Positions 46,241-59,857 of a DNA stretch of 64,000 bases are shown here, in pieces. The position numbers were made by a program, and so were the translations under genes. The DNA is from Macrostomum lignano (taxonomy: Eukaryota). Position 1 is the first letter of the stretch, and each line of letters starts with the position of its first letter. The stretch covers positions 35,110 to 99,109 of the forward strand of contig NIVC01003414.1 in NCBI GenBank assembly GCA_002269645.1, in the 5' to 3' direction. A model generated the notes under the pieces. It worked only from the letters and a program-made list of their open reading frames with translations, searched no databases and was not told the DNA's origin.

Positions 46241-47702
46241 ACGTGAATAACTTATGCCGCATGTTATTCCGTACGTTATTCCGCACGTAATTCCGCATGT
46301 TATTCCGTAAGTTATTCCGCACGTTATTCCGCACGTTATTCCGCACATTATTCCTCATGTTATTCCGTACGTTATTCCGCACGTTTTTCCGTACGTTATT
46401 CCGCACGTTATTCCGCACATTATTCCGCACGTTATTCAGCACTTTATTCCGCACATTTTTCGCATGTTATTAGGCATTTTTCCACGATGTCCTGTATAAG
46501 ATTTACAAGTAATTTTTCCATTTGATACATTTTAAATGTAAAGCAAAAGCCTAATGTACATGAGCTTGTCGTTATATTTTCCTGGATTACGCGAGTTGAG
46601 TGCATGTACATGGCATTCGTAAAATTATAATTGACTGCAACAGAGTACTGTAGTTGCAGAGTTGTAAGTTGAGTTACAGAGTTGCATGCACAGAGCTGGG
46701 GTCGCGGAGAGGTTGAGAAAAGAAGATAAAAGTGACTACTTATCAACATATATTAAATTAATGAAAGAATCACATCATACATGTACAAGGTCACTACAGG
46801 ACGCAAAATGAAGTGTTCTTTGATACTGAAAGAAGTTTACGCTTTAACAAATATTATAAGTGCTAACACCAAATAAAAAACTAATGTGTAGTAAGTAAAC
46901 CGTATTACTGCATTTAGCTAATTTAGCTTTTTTTACAATTATATTTTATGCAGATCGTCATACTTATTAAAAACTATCTATATCTTCACGTTTTTGACGT
47001 GGAAATCATGTATGGAACGCGTAAGTTAGACTAGGGGCCTTTTCATATTACCAATTCCAGAACCAGAATCGGTTCGGAATTCCAAGAAAAACAGCAGTAT
47101 AACTTAAACTCTGTTAATATTTGACTGCCTTAACAAACCTCACTTAGCACAATTTTTCACTTTCTTCTTGGCGATTGTCATTTAATAATAAAAACTTTAT
47201 AGCACGTATCTCCCTAGCTCTAGTTATGGAGACTAAAAGTTATACTTCACAAATTGGTTCTGGTTCTAGAACCAGAACAAGCAATATGAAAAAACCCTTT
47301 GGTGGGAAATATGTTAAAAAAGTAGATGTGCGGACTATTGTGCGGAATAAAAATTCGGAATAGCGTGCGGAATAATATTCGGAATAATGTGCGGAATAAC
47401 GTGCGGAATAAAATGCGGAATAACGTGCGGAATAACATGCGGAATAAAATTCGGAATAGTGCGGAATAATATTCGGAATAATGTGCGGAATAACGTGCGG
47501 AATAACGTGCGGAATAACGTGCGGAATAACATGCGGAATAATATGCGTAATAACGTGCGGAATAAAATGCGGAATAACGTGCGGAATACCGTGCGGAACA
47601 ACATGCGGACCATGCGGAATAACTAGCGGAACGTGCGGAATAACGTGCGGAATAACATGCGGAATAACATGCGTAATAACGTGCGGTGTATGTTACACTC
47701 AT
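46241..47702. mobile_element. Foldback (MULE-like) element with inverted 12-bp subterminal arrays
   Basis: (TTATTCCGCACG)n at about 46250-46470 and (CGTGCGGAATAA)n at about 47330-47690. 9-bp TSD GCATTAATA at 46232-46240 and 47703-47711. Confidence 0.78.
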
Positions 47703-48583
47703 GCATTAATAATTTAGCATATTAAGTTTTTTTACTATAGGCCTAGTCATGGTCAACAACTCTAGGCCTAAACTATTGAGTATTGAAAAAAGAAAAAAGA
47801 ATTTTATTCAAAATTTGAATTTTATTCAATACAAAATAATTATTAATATTAGGGGCCTACAATATTATAAATAATTAGGCCTACTTGTAAATTTAAAAAT
47901 ACAACCAACAGGATTAAAAAATCACTATAAGGGTCTACTAAATCCATGAGGAACAAACCACATCATTGATCATTATTTCATTGGTTATGAAATGACGATT
48001 GACCAATACCAAGCCACGTAACTTTAATTTTACTATATACACTGCACTGCATTGATGACTGCAGATTCTGCATTTTACTACTCTTACTTCTTCAAGTCAA
48101 GTTATGCGGTTAGCAGTATGGAGCAATTCAAAAATGTATTGAATACCCAGTCAATAGACAACCAGTTTTTCCTACACACTACATGATGATGTATAGCGAT
48201 AGAACAATGCGATTTTAGACAGCGCGACTAACCGCGTCCAAAACACCGCATTAAAATGTAGCTAAACACAGATTCAGCGTAGATTTCAATGCGAAATTAA
48301 CTGGAAAATTTCCTGCAATTTAATTATTTTTTTATAAACCTATTCAGTAATTGCTTAAAGTGAAACTTCCAGCGGTAAATTATTTTGATATAAAACATGC
48401 ATGCTTATAACGACCTTAAAAGACTGATTCCATTTTCAGGGATTCTTTGCATACACATGTATACTATATTATCCTGCAAAGTTGTCATTTGTCAAGTGTA
48501 TGCTTTATATGGAGTTTAAAAGTAGGATTACCAAGCCATTTTTGCGCCCGTCGGTCGAACTACAAAGAGGGTAGTTCCTGACA

Positions 48584-50888
48584 ATTTTTTTGCTGCGCCG
48601 TATTAGAGCAATGCAGTCACACGAAATTCATGAACACAGGCTAACTTTTTGTTCCTCACCTTCTCAAACAAGAATCAAGTCGCCAGCCCTCCAGACCGTC
48701 GAGATATTTGACGATTCTGCCAGAAGGTCGGATTTTTCCCATAAGCGCTAGTGTATTCAGTACACCCCTGTGCGCCAAATAGCACTGCGCCTCAGTGCAG
48801 CCTTGCCAAGTCTCCAAATTTCATCAGCACGTCGACCAAATGTGTCTGCATCAGCTCTGACTTCGTTGGTTACTGGCCTTCACCGAGACGGAGCTTCTAG
48901 ACCTTCAACAGGTGGCACCAGGTGACTATGAACACCTTGATGCGAATTTCTCGAGTTTCACCGATCAAGCCTCGACAGTAGGCAAGCCTCAACTACCAGA
49001 CACCCTCAGCTAGTCTCCTGAGCATTCCTTCATCATCCCGACACCGTCGGCACCTTCAACAGGTGGCACCAGGTGACTATGGACACCCTGATGCGAATTT
49101 CTCTATAGTTTCGCCCATCAAGCCTCGACAGTGTGGGCAAGCCCCAACTGCTGGAAATCCTCAGCTATAGTCTCTCAAGCATTTCGTCATCACAAATCCA
49201 CTGAAGATCATGCACTTTTTCAGTATCTTAGGCGCCAAAAGTGGCAGGTAGGTGATCGTAAATCAAAGTTCGGCAAGATAACTTGCTACGCAAAATATCC
49301 CTAAACAGTAATTGTCCTTAAATCAGGAAATTCAGAACCCCAGGCATTAAAAATAAAGCCCACTGCTCACTAGCCTACTATTAGTAAAAGAAAAGAGATA
49401 GGCACTCAATCGCCGGTTCAAAGATCGAAAAAGTGCGTCTTCATTAATAAATAACCCGGCACTGAAATCCCTATAGCTGAGGATTGGAAGAAACTCGAGA
49501 AAGTAGAGAAGGGAGCTGAGAAAAGACACAAACCTTGAGCGGGCCGGATTGCTATTGTGAATTAGTTTCAAAGGACCCGCGGGCCAGAGTTTGCCAACCC
49601 CTGGTGAAGAACGTGATCTTTGAAGCCAACTGTAACTTGACTGGACTTTGCGTCAAACTTTTTATACATGTTTTCTTTCTTGGTGTGTTTCCTCAAAACT
49701 TTATGGACTCAAACGCATACCTTTTATTCGTAAAGACTGTTTTTTCACCGTTAATACTGATGTCTGCAATCTGCTGGATATGCGTTTGGCATAAATCCCG
49801 AAATTTATGCCATCAAACAGGTCGTGTTAACAAAAGAATCAAAGAATGTTTGATTTTTCGTACGTAAAATAATAAATTAACATAAGAATCCTATTTTTCT
49901 GAACGAAAATCTTTATAAATATCGATAGAGCAAGAAGAAAGGCACAACATATCAAAAGATGAACACTGGATCTGCCTCCAATCAAAAGCAATAACAATTT
50001 TTGTGCTGAAAAAATGAAAAATCCCTATCTCCCTAGTGTATTTTTTCGGGAAAACCTGCTTTCTAAAATTTTTCTAAGAAACGAGGTTTCCCGTCCTACT
50101 ACTTATGTCGTCCTTGAGTGGAAGTCGTCGATTTTGGGTTATATTTTATATTTTTCGGAAGTTGACTGCTCTAAAAAATCTGCAGTGGTTTACTTACTGT
50201 CTTTGAAGCGTTGTAAATATAAATGGAGTTTATCCCACATTGGCCTTTTTCGATACTTGTGCATTGAATGTTGCGCTTTATAAATACGAGTAAGTGCGGA
50301 GTAAGTGTTAAATGCGGCAGATTTTGGCCCACTTTATCAAGGCTTTTACCGGAGAAGCCTTAACTCAACTGTTGGGTCTCGTCGATAACTAATTCCGCTC
50401 ACGCCCTTTGAAATCATGTGTCTGCATCAGCTCTGACTTCGTTTGTCACTGACTTTCACCCAGGCGGAGCTTCTGGACCTTCAACAGGTAGCACCAGGTG
50501 ACTATGGACCCGCTGTTGCAAATTTCTCGAGGTTCGCTGATCAAGCCTCGACAGAAGGAAAATCACACAACTGCTGGACATCTTCAGTTAGTCTCTCTAG
50601 CATGGAGATCCTGTTGCAACTACATGCATGTCAGGCTTTTGTTATCAAGCTTCAATAATGGGTAAGCCTCAGCTGCTTGGTATCCTCAACTAGCTTCTCA
50701 AGCATTCGGTCGTTATTCCGTGGGAAAAATGGAAAAAAATCCTAACTTCTGGCAGAATCGTCGAATATTTCGACGTTCCCATGGGCTGTCGACTTGATTC
50801 TTGTTTGAGAAGGTGTACAACAAAAAGTCAGCCCGTGTTCTTGAATTTCGTGAGCTGCAGCGTTGCTCCGTTCCGGTGCAGCAAAAAA
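48584..50888. mobile_element. Old element bounded by about 165-bp imperfect inverted repeats, with internal direct duplications and a hAT/Charlie-like end near 49540-49604
   Basis: 48584-48750 versus 50722-50888 share CACCTTCTCAAACAAGAATCAAGTCG and GACGATTCTGCCAGAAG in inverted orientation. No TSD found. Confidence 0.55.
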
Positions 50889-51549
50889 CAGACTGGCTCA
50901 GCTGGGTCCTAATCACCTGTTTCATGCTCCCTGCACCCCCCATGCATGGTTTAGCTACATATTTTGAGCGGCTTTCGGGTGTTCACATGTGCAGATAGCT
51001 GGCCAAATGCTATAGGCTATGGTAGCTGTGCGCACAAACGCAGAGTTAGATTCTCACCCCAAGGCAGTAAACTGCGCTTTTGATCAATCTAGCCTAAATT
51101 ACAGCTATGGATTAATATACGCAAACATCTGCGACCACAGAACTGCACACCACAGCACTGCAAAAGCGTACTTCAAGGAACAGCCAGACATAATCGCTGA
51201 ACTATAAACAGGAAGCCAAGAAGATTCGGGCTTGGGGTAATTATAATGAATTTGAAATCAATAGGCACTTTTTGGCATTATATTGCCATATTGAATTAAT
51301 AAAGTTGGCGTCGATACATAAATATTGAAAATAACAGTTTTGACAGACGGACAGTTACAGAAATCAGTTAAAAGATATTTATGTTTGGCAAAACAGGTCA
51401 CAGAAAACTGAAGCTGTAAAGCAAAAATAAAATATGATCAAAATAAATCGATGCACATCAGTTCGTCCGCAGCGCGGCAGTTAACTCCAGCTGTGACTAT
51501 AATTGCTTGGTTTATAAAGACATTCGTTCTACTTTCAAGCTGTGCTAGA

Positions 51550-54230
51550 TTAGCAATTCATCTTCACACATTGCTCTTCAGTCTTTATTGAGATGCCGGC
51601 CCCGGCCAGCCACACCTGGGTGTGGTACTGCAGTACGTAGCTCGAGTTCCTGAACGCCGCCTTGCAGAGCTCCTCCTCGGCTCGTGTGAAGCCGCCCTTG
51701 TCCTTGCAGGCCGGCTCGGTCCTGCCCAGCCAGGTGAACGGATTGAAATACCTCGGCGGAAAGATCGTCAGGTATTTCAGGCCGCGAAATGTGGCAGGCA
51801 TTCCGTCAGGTGATTTTCGCTTCCGATTGATGCCCCGCATCAGCAGGTAGGGTCCGGTGGTGTCCTCGGGCGACCCGAACGGTCGCTTCTCCACCTGTTT
51901 GATCAGCTCCATCACGAATGGATGCCCCGGCACGCTGTACATGAAGCTGTTCTCAACCTGGCCTTCGGTCATGTACCTGCAAGATGAGAGGCGTTGATTT
52001 GATGTAATGAGGAATCTAATCGAATCTTTATCAAAAATCAGACCAACTTCAAATTCATCAGTATAGATCATCAAATTGGATCAGGTCATTCCGGAACACA
52101 CCATCAAACTGCATCAGCTCATTCCGGAACACACCATCAAACTGCATCAGCTCATTCCAAAACACACCATCAAACTCCATCAGGTTATCCCGGGACATAC
52201 CATCAAACTGCATCAGCTCAGTCTGGAACACACCATCAAACTGAATCAGCTCATTCCGGAACACACCATCAGACTGCATCAGCATAGCTCATTCATTATA
52301 AGCATCATTTCTCAATGGAGCGTAGACATTGAAGTGGGGCATGGCTCATCTCATTAAACTGCCATTTGCAAAAGGATAATATTTTAATTTTTAAGCTGAC
52401 CCCAAATCTGTCTCACGGTGTACTCGCAAGGTCGCAGCTCAATAACCTAGGCCTCTGTAGTTATTTTTGTCAGCCTCAATTTGAAGTCTCATGCCAAAAA
52501 ATTACAAGTCCCGGGGCTACAGCCTTGGCTGGAAAGATGCTGGCGTATTTTTAGCGATCTCGCATCGCAGTGGTTAGTTGCTATATGCTGTTATACATGT
52601 GATCATACGCTTGGCAAGCCTTTTTTCCAAAACAGATTATGTCAAAACTCCTAAAAGCATTATTTAACATTATAATTTACATGTAGCTACAGATTGCTAT
52701 ATTAGACCATCAAGTAATTCAAGTTCACACGTTTGCTTCACGAGTTACGGGAGGTATCCGTCACGTGGAACGGGAGGTATCCATCATAAGGTACGGGAGG
52801 TATCCGTCACGTGGAACGGGAGGTATCCATCATAAGGTACGGGAGGTATCCATCATAAGGTACGGGAGGTATCCATCACGAGATACGGGAGGTATCCATC
52901 ATGAGGTACGAGAGGTATCCATCATGAGGTATGGGAGGTATCAATCACGAGGTATGGGAGGTATCCATCATGAGGTACGGGAGGTATCCATCATGAGGCA
53001 CGGGAGGTATCCATCATGAGGTACGGTAGGTATCCATCATGAGGTACGGTAGGTATCCATCATGAGGTATGGGAGGTATCCATCATAAGGTACGGGAGGT
53101 ATCCATCATGAGGTACGGGAGGTATCCATCACGAGGTACGGGAGGTATCCATCATGAGGTACGGGAGGTATCCATCATGAGGTACGGGAGGTATCCATCA
53201 TGAGGTACGGTAGGTATCCATCATGAGGTACGGGAGGTATCCATCATGAAGTACGGGAGGTATCAATCACGAGGTATGGGAGGTATCCATCACGAGGTAC
53301 GGGAGGTATCCATCATGAGGTACGGGAGGTATCCATCATGAGGTACGGGAGGTATCCATCATGAGGTACGGGAGGTATCCATCATGAGGTACGGGAGGTA
53401 TCAATCATGAGGTACGCGAGGTATCCATCACGAGCACGCAACACCGTAGGACAGGTTGAGACAGGTCAATCTGGAGATCAGCGCGCATGTCTAACTACAA
53501 TATTAAACTACATGAAAGCGATCCAAAGACTCTTTAGCCCCTATTAAGTCGGCGAATGCAAACTTCCGCCAATCAAAGGGTTAGTTTACCTGTCGTCTTC
53601 TGGCCCTGTCGAGTGGCCTGCCATTGCGCCGAACGCCAGACTCACGTTGACGAACAGGTGACCGAACGGGTTCAGACACTCGCAGTCCAGGTCACAGTAA
53701 GCTCCGCCATACTTGTACATGTACAGCAAGCGGGACACATCCGCCTTCTGCACTGGCTGATGAAGCTTCTTGTAGGTTGGCAGAAACCACGCAAAGTGCT
53801 TGGCAACGAGTTTCTCGTTGTCCTCATCTGTCCACAGCCGCCGCTGCCAGTCGGGCAAGCACTGGGAGAAGCTCTCCGACCAGCGCTGAAATCGCGGCGG
53901 CAGCTTTGACGTCTTCCACGACTGATGAAAAATTCGCACAACACCGTCTGCGCCGACCTTTGCTTCAAGGTCGACTGCGGAACGGCTGACTGCCGTCACG
54001 GAGGCGGCTGCTGCTGCCTCCGTCGGCTGTTGCGTGGCCGCTCTGAGAGCCTGAGAGCCAGCAACTACGACGCCAGCGGCAGGCGCATCAGCGGCTGCAG
54101 ATTTTGAACGCGCAGGCGAAGACAAATAGCGCCCGTCGACGAAGCTTACAAACCCAGAGCGGTGCCGTGTGCGGAGCAGCAGCAGAAGCAGGCAGCAGCT
54201 GAACAAGCTGAATGCTGCCGCTTGGAGCAT
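51550..54230 (-). CDS. GT32-type DXD glycosyltransferase (SUR1/CSH1/OCH1-like), type II membrane, 355 aa; exons 54230-53590 and 51976-51550
   Basis: N-terminal hydrophobic anchor. IFHQSWKT, LWTDED, QKADVSRLLYMYKYGGAYCDLD (DXD) and ENSFMYSVPGHPF. Phase-2 GT-AG intron. The start codon is inferred from the anchor position. Confidence 0.85.
52076..52285. repeat. Intronic 33-bp minisatellite CATCAGCTCATTCCGGAACACACCATCAAACTG
   Basis: About 6 copies, 11-aa period. Confidence 0.9.
52750..53432. repeat. Intronic 23-bp minisatellite GGGAGGTATCCATCATGAGGTAC, about 29 copies
   Basis: Direct tandem array. Confidence 0.93.
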
Positions 54231-56171
54231 GCACAACTTCGCTGATCTCGTGCCTGCCAGAGCTGAGCTATTGTCAAGAAAGTACGCCGAAGACAGAAAG
54301 AAAGTCCAGCAACAGCTTTCGCCACGGGCATGTTGGAATCCAGAGCCTCCGTCCGTCTGCTTTTGTAGGGTAAAATTCCAAGCCGAGAAAGAATGACTCT
54401 CATTGGCTGGCCCGGGAGTGCTATGCAAACCTAGGATACAAATGAGGTTTCCTGATGGCGATATGCAAACTAAGTACATGTTAGGGCTGAACGCGCGTCT
54501 TTTGTTCATGCGCGAGCTCAGTATGATATTAGGTGTAACAGAAAATGCCCCTGTAGTGTGATCATGCTACAGAAAATTTGGTTGTTTGTTTGTTAACTAA
54601 AACGTAAAGTACATCAAGTAAATAAATTGATTGATTTTAGAACTTTTCAGCAAACAACAGAAGGGGTTTGACGTCACCGGCATCTCGCGATCTGCCCCGG
54701 CTTGGAACGGCGGACCAATCAGAAAGCGGCGCGAGCCAGGGCAGAGTGAGCCACAAGTCCAATGTTTGCAGCTTAGAGACCCGGGGCAGGCCAGCCACCC
54801 GACTAACCGGCTTAAGGGGGTCAAGAGTGACTATATAAAACTGGATTTTTTCTTGCTGCCTGACAATTACCCTCCCACCTTCTTTTCCTCGCCTCTGATA
54901 CTCCATCGTTACCGCTGGCTGGCGGACCCTGCCCCGGTCCAAAAATTGCATGCTCGCCCGACCGCAATAGTCTTGCTAGCGAAACGTTTCTCGGTGGGAT
55001 TGATAGCGTGGTCTAGATAAAAGCTTGTGGTTCAACGTAGTACGCGATTTCTCAATTGAGAATCTCGACGTTTCGCCAGAGGAAAGGTTGTGATAGGATT
55101 TGGTCGGAAAACTTTAAAACTTTGTGCAAATCGAACGATGTGCGTTGTCACACACATTGATGAATTACAAGCTTTAGAGTGTGTCGAGGTGTATAGTTGC
55201 TTATGAGCCACTCGGCTATATTTCTTAATGTACAAACATGGGTAATTACATATTCCGGAACAATATTTGCATAGAGTGGGAAAACTAGAGACATAAGCCA
55301 TAAGCCATAAGCAAGCATTTGCTCCCTGGTTGTTCTTGGTAGCGTGTCCATCTCTGACTTGTCCATTCTGTCCGTCGACATAGTCTCTTCTTGTCCACCG
55401 TCTGCTTCCAACAAAGCAACGCCAAGACGATGATCTTCATATTTGCGAGGGTCGGTAGAAAAGTGAAAAATTTACTCCAGATAGACATCATTTCGGTGAT
55501 CATTAGTGTAACTACGTCGAGGACTATCAACGGGCACGACCCGTATAAGTTAATAAGATGCATTTTACACATTTGAAGCTTCGTCCAGAATAGTGTTTTT
55601 AGAATTTGTTGTCTAAACTTCTGAGACCACTCTGGTCCATCCGTTCCATTTTTCTGTTTAGATTAGAAACAACTCGCACAGTTCCTGACACGAATATAGA
55701 CAGGCATTATCAAACGTATGATGCGATGATTGACTGTACCACAGTAAATAATGTGAAAGTGATAGTCTATATAAACAACCACACTTTATAACAAAGAAAC
55801 ATAATCCTTAACCTGCGAGCGGAAAAGCAGAATTACAAAATTGTGCAAGCTGCTCCAAGTATCGACCCTGGCACCAGGTTTTTACACGTTAAAAAAATTC
55901 CGGAGTTTTGATTCAACGTGCTAGTGGTTAACTCTCAATTATTTCAAAGATCTGCACGCTGCAGTCTAGCTACGTTGATTTTGGTTTCGTGTCGGCTATT
56001 TTCAAACTCAGTCTTTGCTATTTGTTATGCGTTTATGACAGGATTAAAGTTTATAATTAATAATAACAGGCAACATGCCACAAGCTTTAAGTCGTTTGTT
56101 TGATTAGTCCCACAGGAAAGAGACTCCAATCGATTCATATATGAGTACTCGACTCAACCTGCCCCTCGAGT

Positions 56172-57382
56172 ACTCGCCAACCATCTACATTTTGGTTTAA
56201 ATTGTTTTGTGGATATTTACTATACGACAAAATATTTCAATGGCACCAAAATTTTTGCACACCATTTTGATACAGTATAATGCAGGGACTACTCAATACT
56301 CAGGACGGGAAACGACAAAATTCGGAGGCTGATCTATTAATAAGTTAGTCCTCAAAAAGCATTAATTCGATAGGTTCTACCTTGTAGTCAGTGAGTTTGT
56401 GTCTGTGGCAAAAACCTATCCAATTAATAGGCCTCCAGGTTTTTTCGTTTCCCGTCCCGAGTATTGAGTAGTCCGTGGTACAATGGATAAATAATCAGCG
56501 GTCCCAGTGCGTAAACAACGATTGTCTGGCGAGCGCCGGTAGACGCGAGCCATAGACAAATCGTTGTCACGTGCTGCGACCGCTGATTCTTTGCATTGTT
56601 TTTCTGTTTGACGATCCTACAGACAATGCATTGTTTGTAGTAATTTATTGTTCTGCATTAAAAATGTGAATAATGATTGTCAAATTGCTAAACAATGTAA
56701 AGTGGAATTACACTTCAGTTCAGCAACTAGAGCGCGCCGTATATATAATGTAAATTTGAATGCACTTTTGACCAGCAACTACGACTAACTGAAAATCAAG
56801 CTAACATGGAAAACTGGCTGAAGTAGTCCTGCAAAAGTATCTCGTACCGTTTCCTTCATTGTTTAGCAATTTGACGATCATTATTCACATTTTTAATGCA
56901 GAACAATCCATTACTACAAACAATGCATTGTCTGTAGGATCGTCAAACAGAAAAACAATGCAAAGAATCAGCGGTCGCAGCACGTGACAACGATTTGTCT
57001 ATGGCTCGCGTCTACCGGCGCTCGCCAGACAATCGTTGTTTACGCACTGGGACCGCTGATTATTTATCCATTGTACCACGGACTACTCAATACTCGGGAC
57101 GGGAAACGAAAAAACCTGGAGGCCTATTAATTGGATAGGTTTTTGCCACAGACACAAACTCACTGACTACAAGGTAGAACCTATCGAATTAATGCTTTTT
57201 GAGGACTAACTTATTAATAGATCAGCCTCCGAATTTTGTAGTTTCCCGTCCTGAGTATTGAGTAGTCCCTGCATTATGCTGTATCAAAATGGTGTGCAAA
57301 AATTTTGGTGCCATTGAAATATTTTGTCGTATAGTAAATATCCACAAAACAATTTAAACCAAAATGTAGATGGTTGGCGAGT
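56172..57382. repeat. Near-perfect palindrome: 526-bp arms (56172-56697 / 56857-57382) around a 159-bp loop
   Basis: The arms are reverse complements with about 5 mismatches seen. Each arm contains a nested short element of about 190 bp with GGACTACTCAATACTC.GGACGGGAAAC ends. Confidence 0.93.
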
Positions 57383-57384
57383 TT

Positions 57385-57756
57385 TTATCGTTTCCCGTCC
57401 CGAGTATTGAGAAGTCCGTGGTGTAATGGATAAATAATCAGCGGTCCAGAGCGTGACAACGATTGTCTGGCGAGCGCCGGTAGAGCGCCGCCGGTATTGT
57501 TTGACGATCCTAAAAACAATGCATTGTTTGTAGAAATGTATTGTTCTGCATAAAAAATGCGAATAACGATCGCCAAATTGCTAAACAATGAAGGAAACGG
57601 TACGAGATACGTTTTTGCAGGACTACTTCAGCCAGTTTTCCATGTCAGTTTGATTTTCAGTTAGTCGTAGTTGCTGGTCAAAAGTGCATTCAAATTTACA
57701 TTATATATACGGCGCGCTCTAGTTGCTGAACTGAAGTGTAATTCCACTTTACATTG
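57385..57756. repeat. Diverged partial copy of the left arm followed by the loop in inverted orientation
   Basis: 57385-57590 resembles 56445-56697 with deletions. 57591-57751 is the reverse complement of 56698-56856. Confidence 0.88.
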
Positions 57757-59857
57757 TCCTCGTAATACCGTTCTGAATGCAAAAGTTGAATGATCCTAAT
57801 TGCATAGTCAGTCATTTTCATTTCTGTAAATCTAAGAGTGCACCGTCGATAGCATTCCACTGAGAGCAAATTTACATTTTGCTGTCAAGAGGTACATTGC
57901 GTTTGAGGTTGCAAAAGCTAACAGAAGCCCTTGATGGCGTCCCGGCAAGCGTACACCGGTTCAATCTTTACAGATCTAAATTCTAAGCCGTTTGCTGTGG
58001 TTCAATATCCAGTATATCAACTTTCCGAAGCACTTACGGAACAGGACTCCAATCAGCAAGAAACAGTTTGTTTTTGTGAAGCAATATAGTAGGGTAAACT
58101 TCTCTTCAAATCGATCAATTTTTCCTGGACGTGTCGGGTAGAGCTACATGTATTTGAAAGGCCATTTCTCGAATACTCGATTAGAATTACATGTACATGT
58201 ACCAATTAAGCAGTGTTAAAAACGAGAGAATTACTGCATCCATGGCCAGAAAGTGTTTAACAATGGAATGAAACAACTCAGAAACTGCTTGAATACTTTA
58301 GAACAAGTGTAAGCCGCAGCTCATTGCTACATACTTTTTAGTTTCCATCACATTTTATTAAAGTCGCTTAAAAACAACGCAAATCTCTCCACGTGAAATC
58401 TTATTTAAACAGTAATTTCATTTGAGAACTGTACACCCTCATCCTATTTCAACAAAACTTTGCGATCCCACTGGCGTGTGTGAGCACCTCCTAAACTTCT
58501 GCTCAACTCCACTCCTCCTGCTCAGCTCTATCTGCTTCCCAGGCGATCAATACCTGCCACACTGCAGGTGCTGCATCTCTTGTGGAACAGAAGGTCCGGC
58601 GACCCTGCTACGAGAGCCGAGACTCTCTTCCCCTTCCTCTTCTTCCCCACCTCTCACTGTACACTTGGTGAGGAATAGGCGAGACAAAGGCGACCTCCCC
58701 CTCATTTCTCAGAGTCCCAATCCACTCGACCTGTACCGGCTCTGCAGCTGTGCACCCAGGTGAGAGGCTTTGAGTACAGTACGCTTTTCTTCTGGGAGCC
58801 CGGGCCTGGCAGCAGCAGCGCAGCGGTGGTGCGGCAGGTAGCAGCCAGGTGATTTTCTTGGTCGGACGGTAATTTTTGGGGGCACAGAATTCCGCTTTAG
58901 CTCAGCCACTCTTTGCATCGGAGGGGCCGCGATGAAGAACAATGGAGCCTGGTAGAGAGGAAACAGAATGAGTTGGGAGTGGGATGGTGATGGAGGCTGG
59001 ATGCCTGCATCTATGCAGTTGCTCTTCCAGTTCAATTCAGGTGCACTGGCTTTGGCATACTCTTCAGCAGAGAAAGCTCCCGCTTAATAAAAGATGAGTA
59101 CAAATGAGGGAAAATTTGGATATTTATCCATGCCTCTCACATTGTGTTGATTTAGGCTAACTGACGAGCTCCCATTGTTGCTTTTTTCCATCATCAGATT
59201 TCCATGAAAGCTGGATCTGCTGGCTTCTGCAATTAATAAACATTCGATTCGATTAGTAAATAATGGCAAAGCATGCAGGCCCGAACTTGACTGGATGAAG
59301 GCACTGGGGCTTTGAAATTGCACAGAGAATTAGGAAGCATCATTCGCTAGTGCAACAGCTTCTGTATTTTTTATCGCAGCTCCATACTTCTCAACAAGTT
59401 CGAAACAATGCTCCCAACTGTTCTACTGTTCCATTTTGCAGTAGTATGTAGCGAGGAAAAACATGGACTTCAAATCATCATTGATATTTTAATACACAGC
59501 CAGATCATTTTGAAGGTGCTTTGATTCGTATTTGCTGTTCAGAATGCAATAGATGAGAATTAAAGTTTACAACTGAGCAGGAAAACTCATAAGAAAGAAA
59601 GTCTACTAAAAATTTTACATCGAAACTAAGTCTATTGAAAAAATTAATACGAGTATATATGTATTAATATGCGCTTATAGCAATTTTAAGACCTAATTCG
59701 TAAATATTTTTACCGTCGAAAATAACATTGGAAAGCCGTTCAATGATTTTTAAAAGTCATAACATCTGTACTACTACACTGTATGTACCTGCAATTTTAA
59801 AAGCATCCCTACAAATATTCAAGCTGGCAAGGACAAACTTCTTGAATCATCACTGAG

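Noticed and set aside
55148-55572. Short ORFs that might encode a small membrane protein
   Set aside because: No recognisable motif or consistent splice structure.
58420-59460. Coding-like fragments (possible extra AJM1 exons or gag relic)
   Set aside because: Multiple stops in each frame, no motif, and no phase-consistent junctions could be built.
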